From Hydrolagus affinis (Eukaryota), in the NCBI GenBank assembly GCA_012026655.1, contig JAAILG010001538.1, positions 1 through 64,000 of the forward strand: 64,000 bases of DNA. Direction: 5' to 3'. Position 1 is the first letter of the stretch, and each line of letters begins with the position of its first letter. The translations under genes were made by a program, and so were the position numbers. The notes beneath the pieces were generated by a model. That model searched no databases, was not told where the DNA came from, and was given only the letters and a program-made list of their open reading frames with translations. Shown here piece by piece: positions 26,020-38,925 of the stretch.

Positions 26020-26366
26020 CTCTGTGACCTCCTAACCCCTACCAACCTGTCCGCTCCTCTGCTCAGCTGGCTCTGGCCTGCTTCACGTCCCCTTCCCTGC
26101 CCGCCCCACCATTGTTGGGCGGGCCTACCCACTGGAACTGCATTCCTCCATCCCTACGCCTCGCCACCTCACTTGCCACCTTCAAGGCTCATCTCAAGAC
26201 CCTCCTCTTCAGTTGTGCCTTTGGTCACCCTACTACCCGGCCTGCCTTCCCTACCTTCCACACCTCCTGATCCCAACCACCAGCTCGGATGCGGTTCCCT
26301 GACTGTCCAGCACCATGGGACGACCTCTTACTGAAAGGCTCTGCACAAATCTATTTTGATGTTGTT
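26020..26366 (+). mobile_element. L2 LINE 3' fragment
   Basis: ccaccttcaaggctcatctcaagaccctcctcttc...gtgcctttggtcac...ctgactgtccagcac. Confidence 0.75.
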
Positions 26367-26681
26367 CATTTCAAGGGTTGAACCTTACTTCCCCCCCACC
26401 ACCCCAGGCCACCTCCTTTTCTTGGTCACCAATTACCACGTGCAACTGGGAAATACATGTTTGAGCTGATACCAGATGCAAAAAATGACCAGAAGATACC
26501 TCTCTTTGATAGTTCTCACCATTTTCTCTGTGGTAAAAAAACCAAAGCCTTTACATGGGATCTCCACACAGCAGCAGAACAGAACGTTGCTATAGGTATC
26601 TACTGATCTCAGAGCAGTTCCACAATTTTTTCTATTTGGAATTGCTTTTGAGATCTTCCATCGCATGGACATTAAAATCCT

Positions 26682-27002
26682 GGAGTCCTGTAGCTCAATG
26701 GTTAGAGCACTTACCTTACAAGTGAGAGACCTGGGTGCAATTCCAGGCAGGGCAAAACCTTGGGCAAGTTTCCTTACTCCACACTCCTAATAATAATTCC
26801 TCAATAAAAAACAATAATAAACTGGTCATTTCAATCCATGACTATTTTGGGGAAACTGCTGTATGCAATTAGCTGCTGTGTTTCGCCCACCAAATATACA
26901 GTCAATTCACTTTACAGTATATTCTGTGAAGCTCCTTGAGACATCTAGAAGACATGTAAAGCTCTATATCAAATGCAAGGATTATTATTATGATTATTAT
27001 TA
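26682..27002 (+). mobile_element. tRNA-derived SINE (short form), near full length
   Basis: ggagtcctgtagctcaatggttagagcac head; tail ctatatcaaatgcaaggattattatt. Confidence 0.9.
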
Positions 27003-27932
27003 GATATTATTTGGCACTATTAAGTGCTTCGTAATGCTACCCATGTAAAAGGACACAATAAAAATGCAAGTTTTTGTTGCCCTATGATGTTGTTATTACC
27101 ATTGCTAAATACAGTACTTCCTATACACGATGGAAGAGGTTTAATGCATTGAATGGTCTTCTCCTGCTCCTATTAGTTTAAGGGCTTCAAAACATTAATT
27201 CGAACTGAAAGGTTCTGCCAAAGTGCAAGGTGTTTCCATTCTCGGATATGTGGTGTCTTCTTTTAATCAAGACATCTTTGCCCCTCTGCAATTTTTTTGA
27301 CCTATAATATTTGCTGTTGAATATTTGGCAGAAACTTTGATCTGAGGCTGGTGAAATCTGTCAAAAGGTATCCTTGCTGCAGTTTGATAAATGTAAAATT
27401 GGGTTGCCGTTAGGAGACGGTGTCATCCACAACTCTGTGCACAAAACTAACCTTTTCCCCCTGTCAGAGCAGAACACTACATAATATCTGGTACTTCTCC
27501 CCTGCTAACTCAGGCAGCAGGTTTTCTACAAGTAAACCTCCCTCTTTTCCTTTCTTCATGTTGCACCTGGAGACTTCTCTTACCCTGGTTCAGCTTTAAG
27601 CATTGCCAACAGTTAAGCGCTTCCAGATGCTATCCATGTGAAGGGTCCTTAATGAATGCTAGTTGTTGTTTTTGATTGTATTTACCCCCACTTTTTTCTT
27701 ATTTTGATATAAGAAATTTTAGGATTAGCATAGAAAAGTCAGAAGGCATTGACAAACCGAAAGCCTTTTGCTAGGTGTCATCCTCAGCTAACTTAACATC
27801 TGACCATAGGCTTCAACCATTTTCTCTTTCTAGATCCATCCCTTGAACCAATGTGTTCTTCTATGGCCATTTTAAAATAAATCTGTGTAACATTTTCCTT
27901 CTTGTGTCCAAAAAGTACTGTAGTTGGAAATA

Positions 27933-28438
27933 CAGGTAGACCCTGCTTAACAAACGCTCGGTTAACGAAGGTTCACTATAACGCAGGTTTATATTTGTAC
28001 CACCTATCCGCTTAGCGAAGGCTGCGTTCGCTATAACGAATGTTTAAATCTTGCGCGCTTCTCGTCTTCCCTGGCTGCCTCCGCAACACACGCTCAGGCC
28101 TTCGCTAATACAGGTTGAGAGTCCTGAATCCAGCAACCTCGGGACTGAGGCCAAGCCGGTTTTAGAACGTGTTTCTGATATCCGAAGTCCGGATTATGGA
28201 ACATTTTACGGATTCCGGACAACCCTACCACCAATCGTCCCAGTGTCCGGATTGCGGAACTCCGGATTTTGGACGCTCAACCTGTACACTGAAAATATTA
28301 GCGTTAGGAACCGCTAGGAACTAAACTGATTTTTTCCCATACAGAAATACAGTAACGGGCTACCACTCGCTTAACGAAATTTTCGCTTGATGAAGAGTTT
28401 TAAAGTTCCTAACCCCTTAGTTAAGTGGGGTCTACATG
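27933..28438. mobile_element. Tigger/pogo-like MITE (outer element)
   Basis: TA-flanked; caggtagaccctgcttaac / gttaagtggggtctacatg; internal (c)gcttaacgaa-like repeats. Confidence 0.82.
28111..28284. mobile_element. Tigger-like MITE nested in the previous MITE
   Basis: TA-flanked; caggttgagagtcc / ggacgctcaacctg; internal tccgga repeats. Confidence 0.85.
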
Positions 28439-28904
28439 TACAAGATAATAAAGGGATAGTTACCAATTTACAGAAACAGCTGCACTTTGATACATTCGAC
28501 TAGGGTGTTGTGTGTCCATTGAGCCCTTAATCACAGATGATTGGAGCAAAGCAGTTTCTTCCGAAATCTAAAATCTGAGCTCTCAATTTGGTAAGAACAT
28601 TGGATTTTATCATGTCTGTAGCTCAAACAAAATGAATACTGCAATTTGCCGTATTTAAATGGTGTGAATTTCTGTCTTAATTATTTGTGTAGACATGACG
28701 ATTATGATAACTGATGATTCTGTCAGTCGCCTTTATCCAGACTTGATGCAATCCCAGCTCCACAGAATAAAGTTGACAGTTAAAATAAGACTAGGCTGTG
28801 GGGGTATTCATTTGAAGTGGTTTATGGGGGCCTGCAAAGCATTCAGACGTCATGGATGTTAGTGAGGCAGAGGAAATTGAACCTGAATTCTTTTCCACTG
28901 ACAG

Positions 28905-29080
28905 CTGCAGAACCAAGAGATGCTCAAAGGGATGTTGAAGAAAGCGGAATCTGAAATCAATAGCAGAGTTAGTGAAGCAATGAAGAGAATGGAAGATCCA
29001 CTGCAGCGACAGCGCATGCTGGTGGAGGAGGAGAGACAGAAATACCTCACTGAAGAGGAGAAAATAATACAGCAACTCTG
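28905..29080 (+). CDS. KIAA1217: KIAA1217 coding exon D (coiled coil)
   Basis: ttttccactgacag acceptor, TG|gtatgt donor; LQNQEMLKGMLKKAESEINSRVSEAMKRMEDPLQRQRMLVEEERQKYLTEEEKIIQQL; phase 0-2. Confidence 0.96.
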
Positions 29081-30510
29081 GTATGTCAACTGATGTCAAA
29101 ACCCACAGGGACTACGAATATATGATAATGATTGTTTTTAAAAAAAAATCAAACTATTGTACCGATATTATTAATGTTACTAGGAACAAGGTTTAATTTT
29201 GCTTCAGCGTCTTTCAAGTGCTTTATGGTTTTGCTTTATTTACCCTGTGTCTTTTCAGGTTCCTAGGTTTCCTTTGTAGTTGTTTGCTTTGAATTTACTC
29301 GGTTTCTTTAAAACTTGTGTTTGTGTGAGAGAGAGAGACAGAGAGAGACAGAGAGAAGAGAGCAAAAATGAAAGGACGCTGAGTTATGGAACTCAAGCTG
29401 CCTTTCCTTCTGGCTTCCTGCGCATTCTGTGCTGCAATCAAATGTTGGATTTGATTCCTGGTCTGAGCTTGCTTCAGCCTGAGTGGTGTGTTTGGTGCAA
29501 AACTATTTGCCTCAGTGTCCTTTAGCTCAGGAAGGGCAACAAAACATTCAGATTTCCCATTCCTGTTGGCTCTCAAAAGCACATGTTGTGTGCCTGTGTG
29601 TGGACATTGAGTGAGAATGGAATTGGTGGTGATTATTATGCAACAATGGCTCAATGGTGTGCTGATACTCACTGTACAGACTCACACAAGAAGAGAGCCT
29701 ATTTGGGAAAAGCATCAGATAGATTCACCATTGGTTCCCACAGTGTTGAGCCCTTCACGAAAGGAAGCGGGAAAATTGGTAACAGGGGGAGGAAATTTGA
29801 AAATGGCAAAAATCATTCTGCTTTCCCTCAACAAGACTGTGACAATTACAATTTCACGGCAATATCATAAGCCTCACCAGAGGCAAATTTAAACTCAAAA
29901 AGCCACTTTATTGACGAGATGTTTGAAGATAATCTACAATTTGTAGAGAACTTCTCGATTTATTGAAAAATGCTTGATTTAATATCAAACATTTCATCAT
30001 TTGTGCTTCCTTTCCATCTGCAAGGTGGACACAGATTAGTTAAAAAGCTAAATAGTGTCAATATTTAGGAGTTTTAATTACTTAACAAGATTCCACTAAA
30101 GGTTGGTTTACACTAAGTTGTAGGTCACGTTTTGTTATATAAACAAGAATAATTTCGAGTAACGTATGGCCTGTGACCTGAATTTCAGCCCAGCAATTGT
30201 TAAAGCTTTAAGATTTACGTTCAAAATCATACAAATTGCTTGCTTTTAGTCATCATTTGGAAGCTGTTTTTGAACTGCGGATAATCGGCGTCCAAATTAA
30301 GACAGAAATTAAGGCCTTTTGAATGTTTAAGACAAAATGGCTAGGACTCGGTGGAATTTTAGATCTCAACTCTGTATACTCCAGTCAGTTAGTTATTCCC
30401 AAGGCCAATAGAAACTGTATGCAAACTTGCACATACAGAGAAGTGAGAGACACGCTCACAAACATATACATACAGAAAAGAGAGAGACGCACTCACACAA
30501 AGACACTCAC

Positions 30511-32220
30511 AAACAACACAATTACACCCGTATTGCGCCTTTCACATCAGGAGGACATCACAAGGTTCTGGACAGTCATTGTTTCAGACCCGAGCTGGGG
30601 TCATGGATGCGCAGGGTGGAGGGAAAGGGGGGATTTGGGGTGACTGATGGGATCATCGAAGAGGAGGGTCTTGAGGCGGGACTTGAAAGAGGCCAGGGAG
30701 GGGGCGAGGCGGAGGGACTGCGGGACGGAGTTCCAGAGGTTGGGGGCAGAATGGCTGAAGGCCAGTCTGCTAATGATGGGACAGATGAGTCAGGGGACGT
30801 GGAGCAGGTGGGAGCCTGCTGAGCGAAGGGGACGGGCAGGCAGGTTGGTAGGGGGTTAGGAGGTCGCAGATGTAGGGTGGGTTGAGGCAGTGGAAGGCTT
30901 TGAATGTGAGGACCAGGATCTTGAATTAGATCCTCTGGATGATGGGGAGCCAATGGAGTCGGGCGAGGATGGGGGGAGATGAAATCACAAAGCTTGGAGA
31001 GGTAGAGGACATGGGCTGCAGAGTTCTGGATTATCTGAAACTTGTGGAAGGAGGAATTGGGAAGGCCGACAAACAGGGCATGTGCGTAGTCAGCATGGAT
31101 GTGATGAAGGTAGGAATGAGGGTTTCAGCGGCCTTGGGGGTAATGTACTGTGAGGTACTGGCGGGCTTGGACAATATTGCGAAGGTGAGGGAAGACAGAG
31201 CGATTCATTGCTTGGATGTGGGGGAGCAAAGACAGTTGAGGATCGAACAAGACACCTAAGTTCCTGACCGACTTGGTGAGGTCGAGGTTGATGCTGCTAG
31301 CTCCTGATGTTGCTAGCTCCTGATGCTGGCGCAAGCAACCTCAACATTCAACTGTAGAAGGTTAGCTCTCATCCACTGTAGAAGGTTAGCTCTCATCCAG
31401 GACTTGACATATGACAGGCAATCTGACAGGACGGTGGTAGTCCTGGAGTTGAGGGTAGAGGCAGAAATATAGAGTTGGGTGTCATCTGTATACATATGGA
31501 AGTTAACCCCATGTCTGCGAATGATGTCACCAATTGGGAGCATGTAGATATTAAAACGTAGGGGCCAAGGACAGAGCCCTGGGGGACACCACAGGTAACA
31601 GTGCAGGGGCTGGAAGAGAAGCTATTGATGGCAACAAAGTGGAGATGATAAGAAAGATAGGAGTCAAACCAGGCGAGGGCAGTTCCATGGAGGTTGAGCT
31701 GGGAGAAGAGGCTGTGTAGGAGGATGGAGTGGTCGACCGTGTCGAAGGCAGAAGAGAGGTCGAGTACAAGGAGGCAGAGAGAGCCCTGATCGCAGATGTT
31801 AAGAATGTCATTAGAGACTTTGGCCAGGGCTGCCTCCGTACAATGGGAAGCACGGAAGCCACATTGCAGGGGTTCGAGGAGAGAATGGCGAGAGAGAAAG
31901 GAGTGAAGCTGGGAAGCAACGACTCGTTTCAGGACCTTAGAGAGGAATGGGAAGTTGGAGATGGGGCGGTAGCTGGAGAGTAGGGAATGGGTCTAGTGAA
32001 GGTTTTTTCAAGATGTGGGTGATGACAGCAGTTTTTAGAGGGATGGGAACAGTGTCGGTGGATAGGGAGAGGTTGGTGATGTCAGTTAGGAAGAGGGCTA
32101 GGAGATGGAGCTGGGAGATGAGGAGAGAGGTGGGAATGGGGTCAAGGGAGCAGGTGGTGGGTTTCATTTTTCGGATGAGTGCAGAGCGGGAAGGGGGAGA
32201 GATAGGGTCAAAGGTGTGTA
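30511..32220 (-). mobile_element. 5'-truncated L2 LINE (~1.7 kb) with degenerate reverse transcriptase
   Basis: Minus ORFs KPTTCSLDPIPTSLL...KTAVITHILKKPSLDP and [24 protein letters not shown] (YADD-type motif); frameshifts; (caa)n tail at 30511. Confidence 0.93.
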
Positions 32221-32489
32221 GTGTCGATTGGAGATGGATCTGGTGTGTCCGCCCACACTTGCGTCGTCAATTAGACAATCGGCAGCAGCACAGGAGGCCG
32301 AAGGTGCTGAGTAAATTTTTCTTGTGTGTTTTTAGTGGAGGGGAATCTTTGTAGCAAAGGATACTGTTTATAGCGAATTCCGCGGAAAAATTGTGCCCAC
32401 ACTTTTCTATTGGCCCAGGTTATTACCATGTATTTACTAAGTATTTCATATCTGATAATAAATCTGATAAGGACTTTTATGATACAATA

Positions 32490-32800
32490 TATTATACATT
32501 TATATAGTGCATTCCACATCAGGAGGATATCTCAAAGGGCTGGACACTGACTGCTAGCTGGGCAACCAAGCTGGGATAGGAGCCAAAGGTGGTAGGGAGG
32601 GTAAAAATGACTGAAAGCGCAGATGTAGAGGTACATTTTGAGATGGGTTTCGAATGAGAGAAGGGAGCAAGTTAGTGGGAGTTCCAGTGAGTGGCGGCAG
32701 AAAAGCTCAAAGTTGGGAGGGATAGGGTGCGGGACAGGAAGCAAGCCGGTGTTGGCTGAACTAAGAGAGCTGCTGGGGCAGCTGAATTTGTGGCAGGTCA
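32490..32800 (-). mobile_element. Older L2 3' fragment
   Basis: tacatttatatagtgcattccacatcaggagga tail plus antisense body. Confidence 0.6.
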
Positions 32801-34035
32801 GGAGGGTAAAAGCCCATTTCCTGGCTGTGTTGGAGGGGTTGGCCTGCAACCAGGAATGTTAATGACAGCCCAGCATTCAGATTGACCAGGAAAAGCACTT
32901 TAATGGTATTGTCTTGTTACCTACCTGCAGTGCTAAAATTGGTTGTTAACCACAAATGAACCCAATCCGCTATCTGCCTGCAAATGTGCATCAATGCAGG
33001 AAATTGCTTGGGATCACACTGTGGAAACAGCAGATTGTACCAGGGGATCGCACTGCTTGAACTCTGAGCTACATGGCTGAGTCTAGTATCTAACTAAGGT
33101 GTTACTAATAGGGATACAGTTTATGGCCACAGGTAGTATTAGCTACAGCAGTCATACGTTTGTCTCTCTCACTTTATAGTATCCATTTACTCCACTCTGC
33201 CAATTCAACTCATTAATAATCTATAAAATATAATATTTCATCTCCTACGCAATGTGCCAGCTACAAACATCACCGGGGGTATGCCACTGACTACGTTGAC
33301 GTAACAGTGCTCCTTCCCCCATTGTTCCCGATTTCTCGATGGTCAGGTCCATTTCCATAAGCAGTCAGTGCAAGTTGCCCTTCATTTGTGAGTCTAAGCT
33401 GTGGTTGTCAGCATACTATTCAATTGTGGACATTACAGTCAAGCCCCATCCTGTCCTCACTCAATTTCCACACACGAGCATTTTGCAGCAAGGGTCACTG
33501 GCTAGCAATTGGGAGCTTGGATCCAGTTGATTATTCCATGAATTACGACTCATTGTAAAGCATCTAACAAAGCCCAACAAAACCATTGCCTGGTCAACAT
33601 TTTGACACACTTTGTTCAGCAATTTTGTTTGCGCATGTTTTATTGAAAACATTCAAGCTTTACTGCTTGCAAATACACATAAATAGCGTCTGGCTAGCAG
33701 CCAGCAGCTGTAGAATCTGAGGGAATTGCTCTGGTCATTGAGTGTGACTGTTGTTTGTACAGAATACGATTTAGGTAAATTGCTGTTTAACAAGTTAATA
33801 GTTTACAGTATTATTTCCTGTCATTTATTTGCACTTGTAATTACTTTATTTTTTTTTACTATGATTGCACTGGGGAGTTGAGTACTTCCATTGTAAGTAC
33901 CATTGTCAGCATCAAACACAAACCCTGAAGAGTGAAGCTTCCTCAACGCTTCCCCAATAAAATTCCTAATTGCCAACTGCAGAGGAACCATTCTTACTGT
34001 ACTATTTCCCGTGCTAGCGGTGATACTAATACTTA

Positions 34036-34270
34036 ACAATAACAATCTTTGCATTTGAAGTAGCGTCTTATCAATTTTGTTTAGATACTTCAAAACGTTT
34101 CACAGGATTTTACTGAGAAGTGTATTGACTGTGTATTTGTAACTGACCAGGCAGCAAATTAGTACTCAAAAATATAGTCAATTCACTTTACAGTATATTC
34201 TGTGAAGTACTTTGAGATGACTCGAAGACTTGATAAGGCACTGTATCAAATGTGAGCAATGTTATTATTA
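34036..34270. repeat. Back-to-back inverted pair of SINE tails
   Basis: Minus-strand tail about 34036-34139 and plus-strand tail about 34168-34270. Confidence 0.75.
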
Positions 34271-34274
34271 AAAA

Positions 34275-34582
34275 TGTCCACAACTAGCCATGAAGTGAGG
34301 GATCAATTGTATCCGGTGGCTTGTTGGCCATCACACTGTGAGAAACTTCCTTCTCTTTTTGAGTGATGTCATGGGATCGTTTGTGTCCATCTGAATTGGC
34401 AATAGGATCTTGTTATTTACCTTTCATCCGAAGGACGGCACCTTCAACACTGCAAACACTGCAGCACACCTCCTAACACTACATTGGAGTATCAATACAG
34501 AACTATATGTTTGACATGTTGACGTAGGGCTTGAACCCACAATTTTCTGACTCGGAGGTAAGAGGACTGCCAATTCAGCCAG
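34275..34582 (-). mobile_element. Old Deu-domain SINE
   Basis: tcatccgaaggacggcacc...tgcagcac...cttgaacccacaattttctgactcggagg...gccaattcagcca. Confidence 0.65.
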
Positions 34583-35995
34583 GCCCACTTAAATTATGAT
34601 ATTGTACAGTGTATCTATCTGATAAGCAGTATAACATGTAGAGGAAGGCTTATGTGGAATCACATAGAATGATATGGTACAGAAATAGATCATTCAACCC
34701 AATTCGGTGTCAGTCTTTATAGTCCACATGAACCTCTACCTCCAAATACCCCTCTGTTCTCTTCTCCACCCAAACTCTGCTGCCTGCATCCTCATCCAAT
34801 GTAAACTCCCAAGATGTGTTTCTCCATGAAGGACACTATATACAGTAAATGCAAATTGTCTTTCTTGTGTACATCATGTTTCCTCTTAAATATATTGAAT
34901 GTTTTTTGCTTCAACCAAACTTATTTGACATATCAAACAACTGAGTCACGGTGATGAGGTGGGTGACGAGCTTAGGATGAAGCATGTTTCCACCCAGGCT
35001 TAGCTACACATGTAAATAACAACAACTTTCATTTATATTGCTCCCATCACGTGGGTAGCGCCTCAGAGCTCTTGACAGTGGCAGAGTATGATAACAAATA
35101 ATCCATGTATCTGTAGCTATAAACCCTTATTGGTGCTTGTTCCGACAATTTTAAATATGATCAAATGCTTCATTGGAGTGACTTGCAAAACTGTGAGATC
35201 TGCTTCAATAATTTTAACGGTGGTCTGCAAATGGTTATTCTATTAACAAATATGACCCAATCTTCTTTATTGGTCTTAATACTTGACACTTGATATGTTA
35301 CCTCAGTAATTGTGGACTAATGCAGCCAGAGCTCATTGACGTATTGTGTATTTTAATCTAAATCTGCCTGATTGATTTATTGACAACGCTTTCCCAGCAC
35401 ACTGTACTGACTGACTGTAAATATAGCTACACATTTTAGCTACTACTGAATATTCCAGATATAGAACTGCTGGAAACATAATGATGTATTACTAGAGGCC
35501 CAATGTGTTAGTGGCTATATGCATATTGTCTGTACGTATGTTACCAGACTCTACAGTTCGTGGCTTGAAATTTCTGAGGCTGTGGTAATTTAAAGCAACG
35601 ACATCAATGTAAGAGTACAGTATGCATCGCATCACCTATATAAACTGCAAGGCAACAATATCAGTGTTTCAATCTAGTTGAAAAAATGGGGCAGATTGCT
35701 CTTTGTGCTCTTTTTACAAGTAGATAGTGAGGTCCCAAAAAGTAACAGGAATTGCAAAGGATTCCTGAATATTGAAACCTTTTGGTAACTGAACGAGCAT
35801 CACACCGACCTGAGGAAACTCTGCTTTGAAGTGTCCAGAAGGAGATCAGGAGTCATATGTCCCTGTGCAGCTCCCATCGTGTTATTGCTAGGTTTCAGTG
35901 AACACAACCACTTTGTGAACGCTGCATTTTAGACTATCAGTGGTCATTCACTTCATGGCAGTTTGTGGGGCATTGAGTGTTGTGTTTGCCTACAT

Positions 35996-36724
35996 CAGGG
36001 ATTCTCAAACTTTTTAGAGTGTAATATCTTATGGAGAGCCTCCCTGGACTAAGACAGAAAACAATTGCACCTCCCCATCAACAAGGCAAAGAACTGAAAA
36101 TCCTGGATTTTGCAATACTAGTTCATCGAGTAAAATGGCTTTGATCAATATAACCCTAACCCTAATCCTAACCCTAACCCTTAGGATCAATATAGTTATA
36201 ATAATAGTAGCAGTGTCAAAATGACTCATTTTATTATGCAAAGCACCTTTCATGTTATCTCGTGCAAATCACGACAGCTAAAATAAAACCGTACAAATAT
36301 TTTAGAAAATCACAACATTAAACTATTATAGATTATGTCAGTGTAGTATCCATCAGTCCCACCTTACCAGTAGGAGTGAACATGTTCCTCGTTGTACCTC
36401 AAAGACAATCAGTTTCATTGTCCCACCCTCCCCTCCGTCCTTTCACTTGGATTGATGGCTTGTTTCAGACTAGGGCCTGCTATTGGTCCGCACTCCAGTC
36501 AGTCAGTGTGGATGCCCCCCACACCAATGCCACGGGGATACTTGTGGTGAGAAGCATTGTCGCGGGAAACTTTGCTGCAGAGTTCGGTTGTTGGCGAGCA
36601 TCTTTGGTGGGACATGGGGCCTGTCGCACAACTCCTAGGACTGTTGGCACGTAGGCCACTCGCACCTCCCCTGACACAACTGCTCCTCCCCGGGGAGATA
36701 CAACCCATAGTTTGAGAACCTCTG
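35996..36724. mobile_element. Non-autonomous hAT (Charlie-like) element
   Basis: TIR cagggattctcaaact / agtttgagaacctctg; 8-bp TSD gcctacat / gcctacgt (one CpG-type difference). Confidence 0.85.
36151..36180 (-). repeat. Short telomere-like (TAACCC)5 tract, one variant unit
   Basis: taaccctaaccctaatcctaaccctaaccc. Confidence 0.85.
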
Positions 36725-36792
36725 GCCTACGTTAAATACCGTTACTACATTTCAGGGTAAATCCTCTGAAGCCGTTCGGAGACATTTCGACA

Positions 36793-37177
36793 AATAAAAA
36801 TAATAATCCTTGCATTTGATATACTGCTTTTCACATCTTTTAGATGTCTCAAAGCACTTCACAGAATATACTGTGAAGTGAATTGACTAAATATGTGGGC
36901 GAAACGCTGAAGCAAGTTGCGCACAGCAGTGTCCCACTGCCTGGATTGAATTGACCAATTTATTATTTCTTTTGAGGGATTATTATCAGGTGTGGGGAGT
37001 AAGGAAATCTGCCTGAGGTTTCATTATACCGGGAATTAAACTAGGTCTCTCGCTTGCAACAACAACAACAACAACATTACACCTGTGTAGTGCCTTTCAC
37101 TTCAGTAGGACGTCCAAAGGTGCTGGACCATTATTGTTTCATAGGCAAGTGCTCTAACCGCTGAGCTACAGGATGCC
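36793..37177 (-). mobile_element. tRNA-derived SINE (short form) with an L2 tail inserted in its tRNA head (about 37057-37143)
   Basis: Antisense SINE; head split ctctcgcttg|(caa)n...gtttcata|ggcaagtgctctaaccgctgagctacagg. Confidence 0.85.
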
Positions 37178-38726
37178 ACATACACGGTAATAAGATGCTG
37201 TATCAGATGCAAGGATTATTTTATTATTACTGTACCTATTTTACAGAACATCTTTGACTCACAAATGTCTCACCTGCAGTGCCAATGAATGATTACAATT
37301 GGGAGAATTCAGTTCAATTTTCCTGATTTGTCAAAAAAAAGCAGACATTCTTTATTGACCAGTTTTGACCATTAACTTATTGACTTGGGTTTCAGAATTT
37401 TCATATTTGTATTCCCTAATCTTCTGCGTTCACATAACATCATCCCATGCACTGCCTGTTAAAATATTGGTGGCAAAGGTCTTGATGATGCAACCAGCTA
37501 TAAGCCTCTCTTTGTGGCTATGTATGGGCACCTTATAGCAAATGGTATTGTATTGTATTATACTGAATTGTGATATGAGTATTGCTTTTGGTCATTGAAT
37601 GAGTATGAAATTATGTAAAGAAAAATATTCTGTCAATTCAGTCCTTCATATTCCTACTGGAAGCATCATGCTCACTGTTGGATGAATTTTTTGTTCCTTT
37701 CAGGATGTGAAATGTATTGTTTTAAGTAGTCACTGCTGTGTAAAATGCTGCTCGTCAAAAAGAGCGCAGAATGCCTTCGGTAATGAAATGGAAGTGGAAA
37801 ACAAATGTGAATTCAAAGCAACTAGAGACAAAGTACACTTGCACAAAAATTCCTCTGAATATTTCAAAACCAACACAGTCATATGCTCAATGAGACAAAT
37901 TGCAATCCTGCTGGAAGCTGTTCTCTGCTGAGGAGAACTTTAATTACGCTCAAGACTGACATGAAAGCCAAAGGCAGATTTATTTAAGGAACAAACATGT
38001 CACAAACCTGTGTGTGTGTGTGGGTGTGTGTTATGTGGTGGAGGGGAGGTGGTTTGAAGAGAAATCATTGATTGGTGTTTAATTGTAACTAAATATCCAC
38101 AGTGTGGTTCTTTATTAAAATTGACTGGAAGTGAATGGAACGCACAGAGAGGGAACCAACTTCACAGCAGAAGCTGCTTTTATGGCAGCCAGTATAGAGT
38201 AAGAACGAACATGAATGATAGGAAACTAATGCAATACCGACCTTGAAAAGACTGCTGAGCTACTAAACAATGTGAATAGAGTTCACTTGTATTAGTCCTT
38301 AAACTCTCGTAAGACCATAAATAAATAAATCACAAAATAAGACTGGCCATTGTGGGATGTATAGTTTCTTGGGAGTTGAAAACCTCCTGTGGGCCTTGCC
38401 AGAAATGATGTGAAGAGTTACTATATCAATCTAATTGGAGTGTTGCAGGTTGTCAGGCTGACTAAACCTGACTTGGAAACAACAACTCTTGTCTCTCCCA
38501 ATGCTTTGTCCTTCAACATGTTCACAGTAAATTTGGATAGACGTTGAGAGTTCAGATTTGTTGTACTTTGAGTGAGTACTGCCCTCTTGTGTTAGTTGTA
38601 GGCAAAATAAGCCAAATAAAATGATAACTATTCAATTGGAAATAACAGTTTATATGTAGCAAAATGAAGGTGTGGGTATGGTTTTTTTCCCAGTCAAAGA
38701 TTTAGATGTATTATGGAGTCAGAACA

Positions 38727-38925
38727 TAATAATAATAATAATAATAATAATCCTTGCATTTGATATAGCGCTTTTCACATCTTATCAACATCTCAAAGCG
38801 TTTCACAGACTATACTGTAAAGTGAAATTGACTATATATTTGTGGGCAAAACGCAGCAGCCAATTGCACACAGCAGTGTCCCACAAACAGTCATGGATTG
38901 AAATGACCAATTTTATTATTGTGTT
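38727..38925 (-). mobile_element. 5'-truncated SINE with (TAA)8 tail
   Basis: (ata)n-tccttgcatttgatatagcgc...ggattgaaatgaccaatttt. Confidence 0.85.

Noticed and set aside
28791-29099. Minus-strand ORFs over exon D (also those over exons G, H, M and O)
   Set aside because: Antisense shadows of real coding exons, with no independent gene signals
30511-32220. Active or domesticated reverse transcriptase
   Set aside because: 5'-truncated, frameshifted, and the catalytic motif reads YTDD
36151-36180. Chromosome fusion scar
   Set aside because: Only five units in one orientation, inside a transposon within an intact gene
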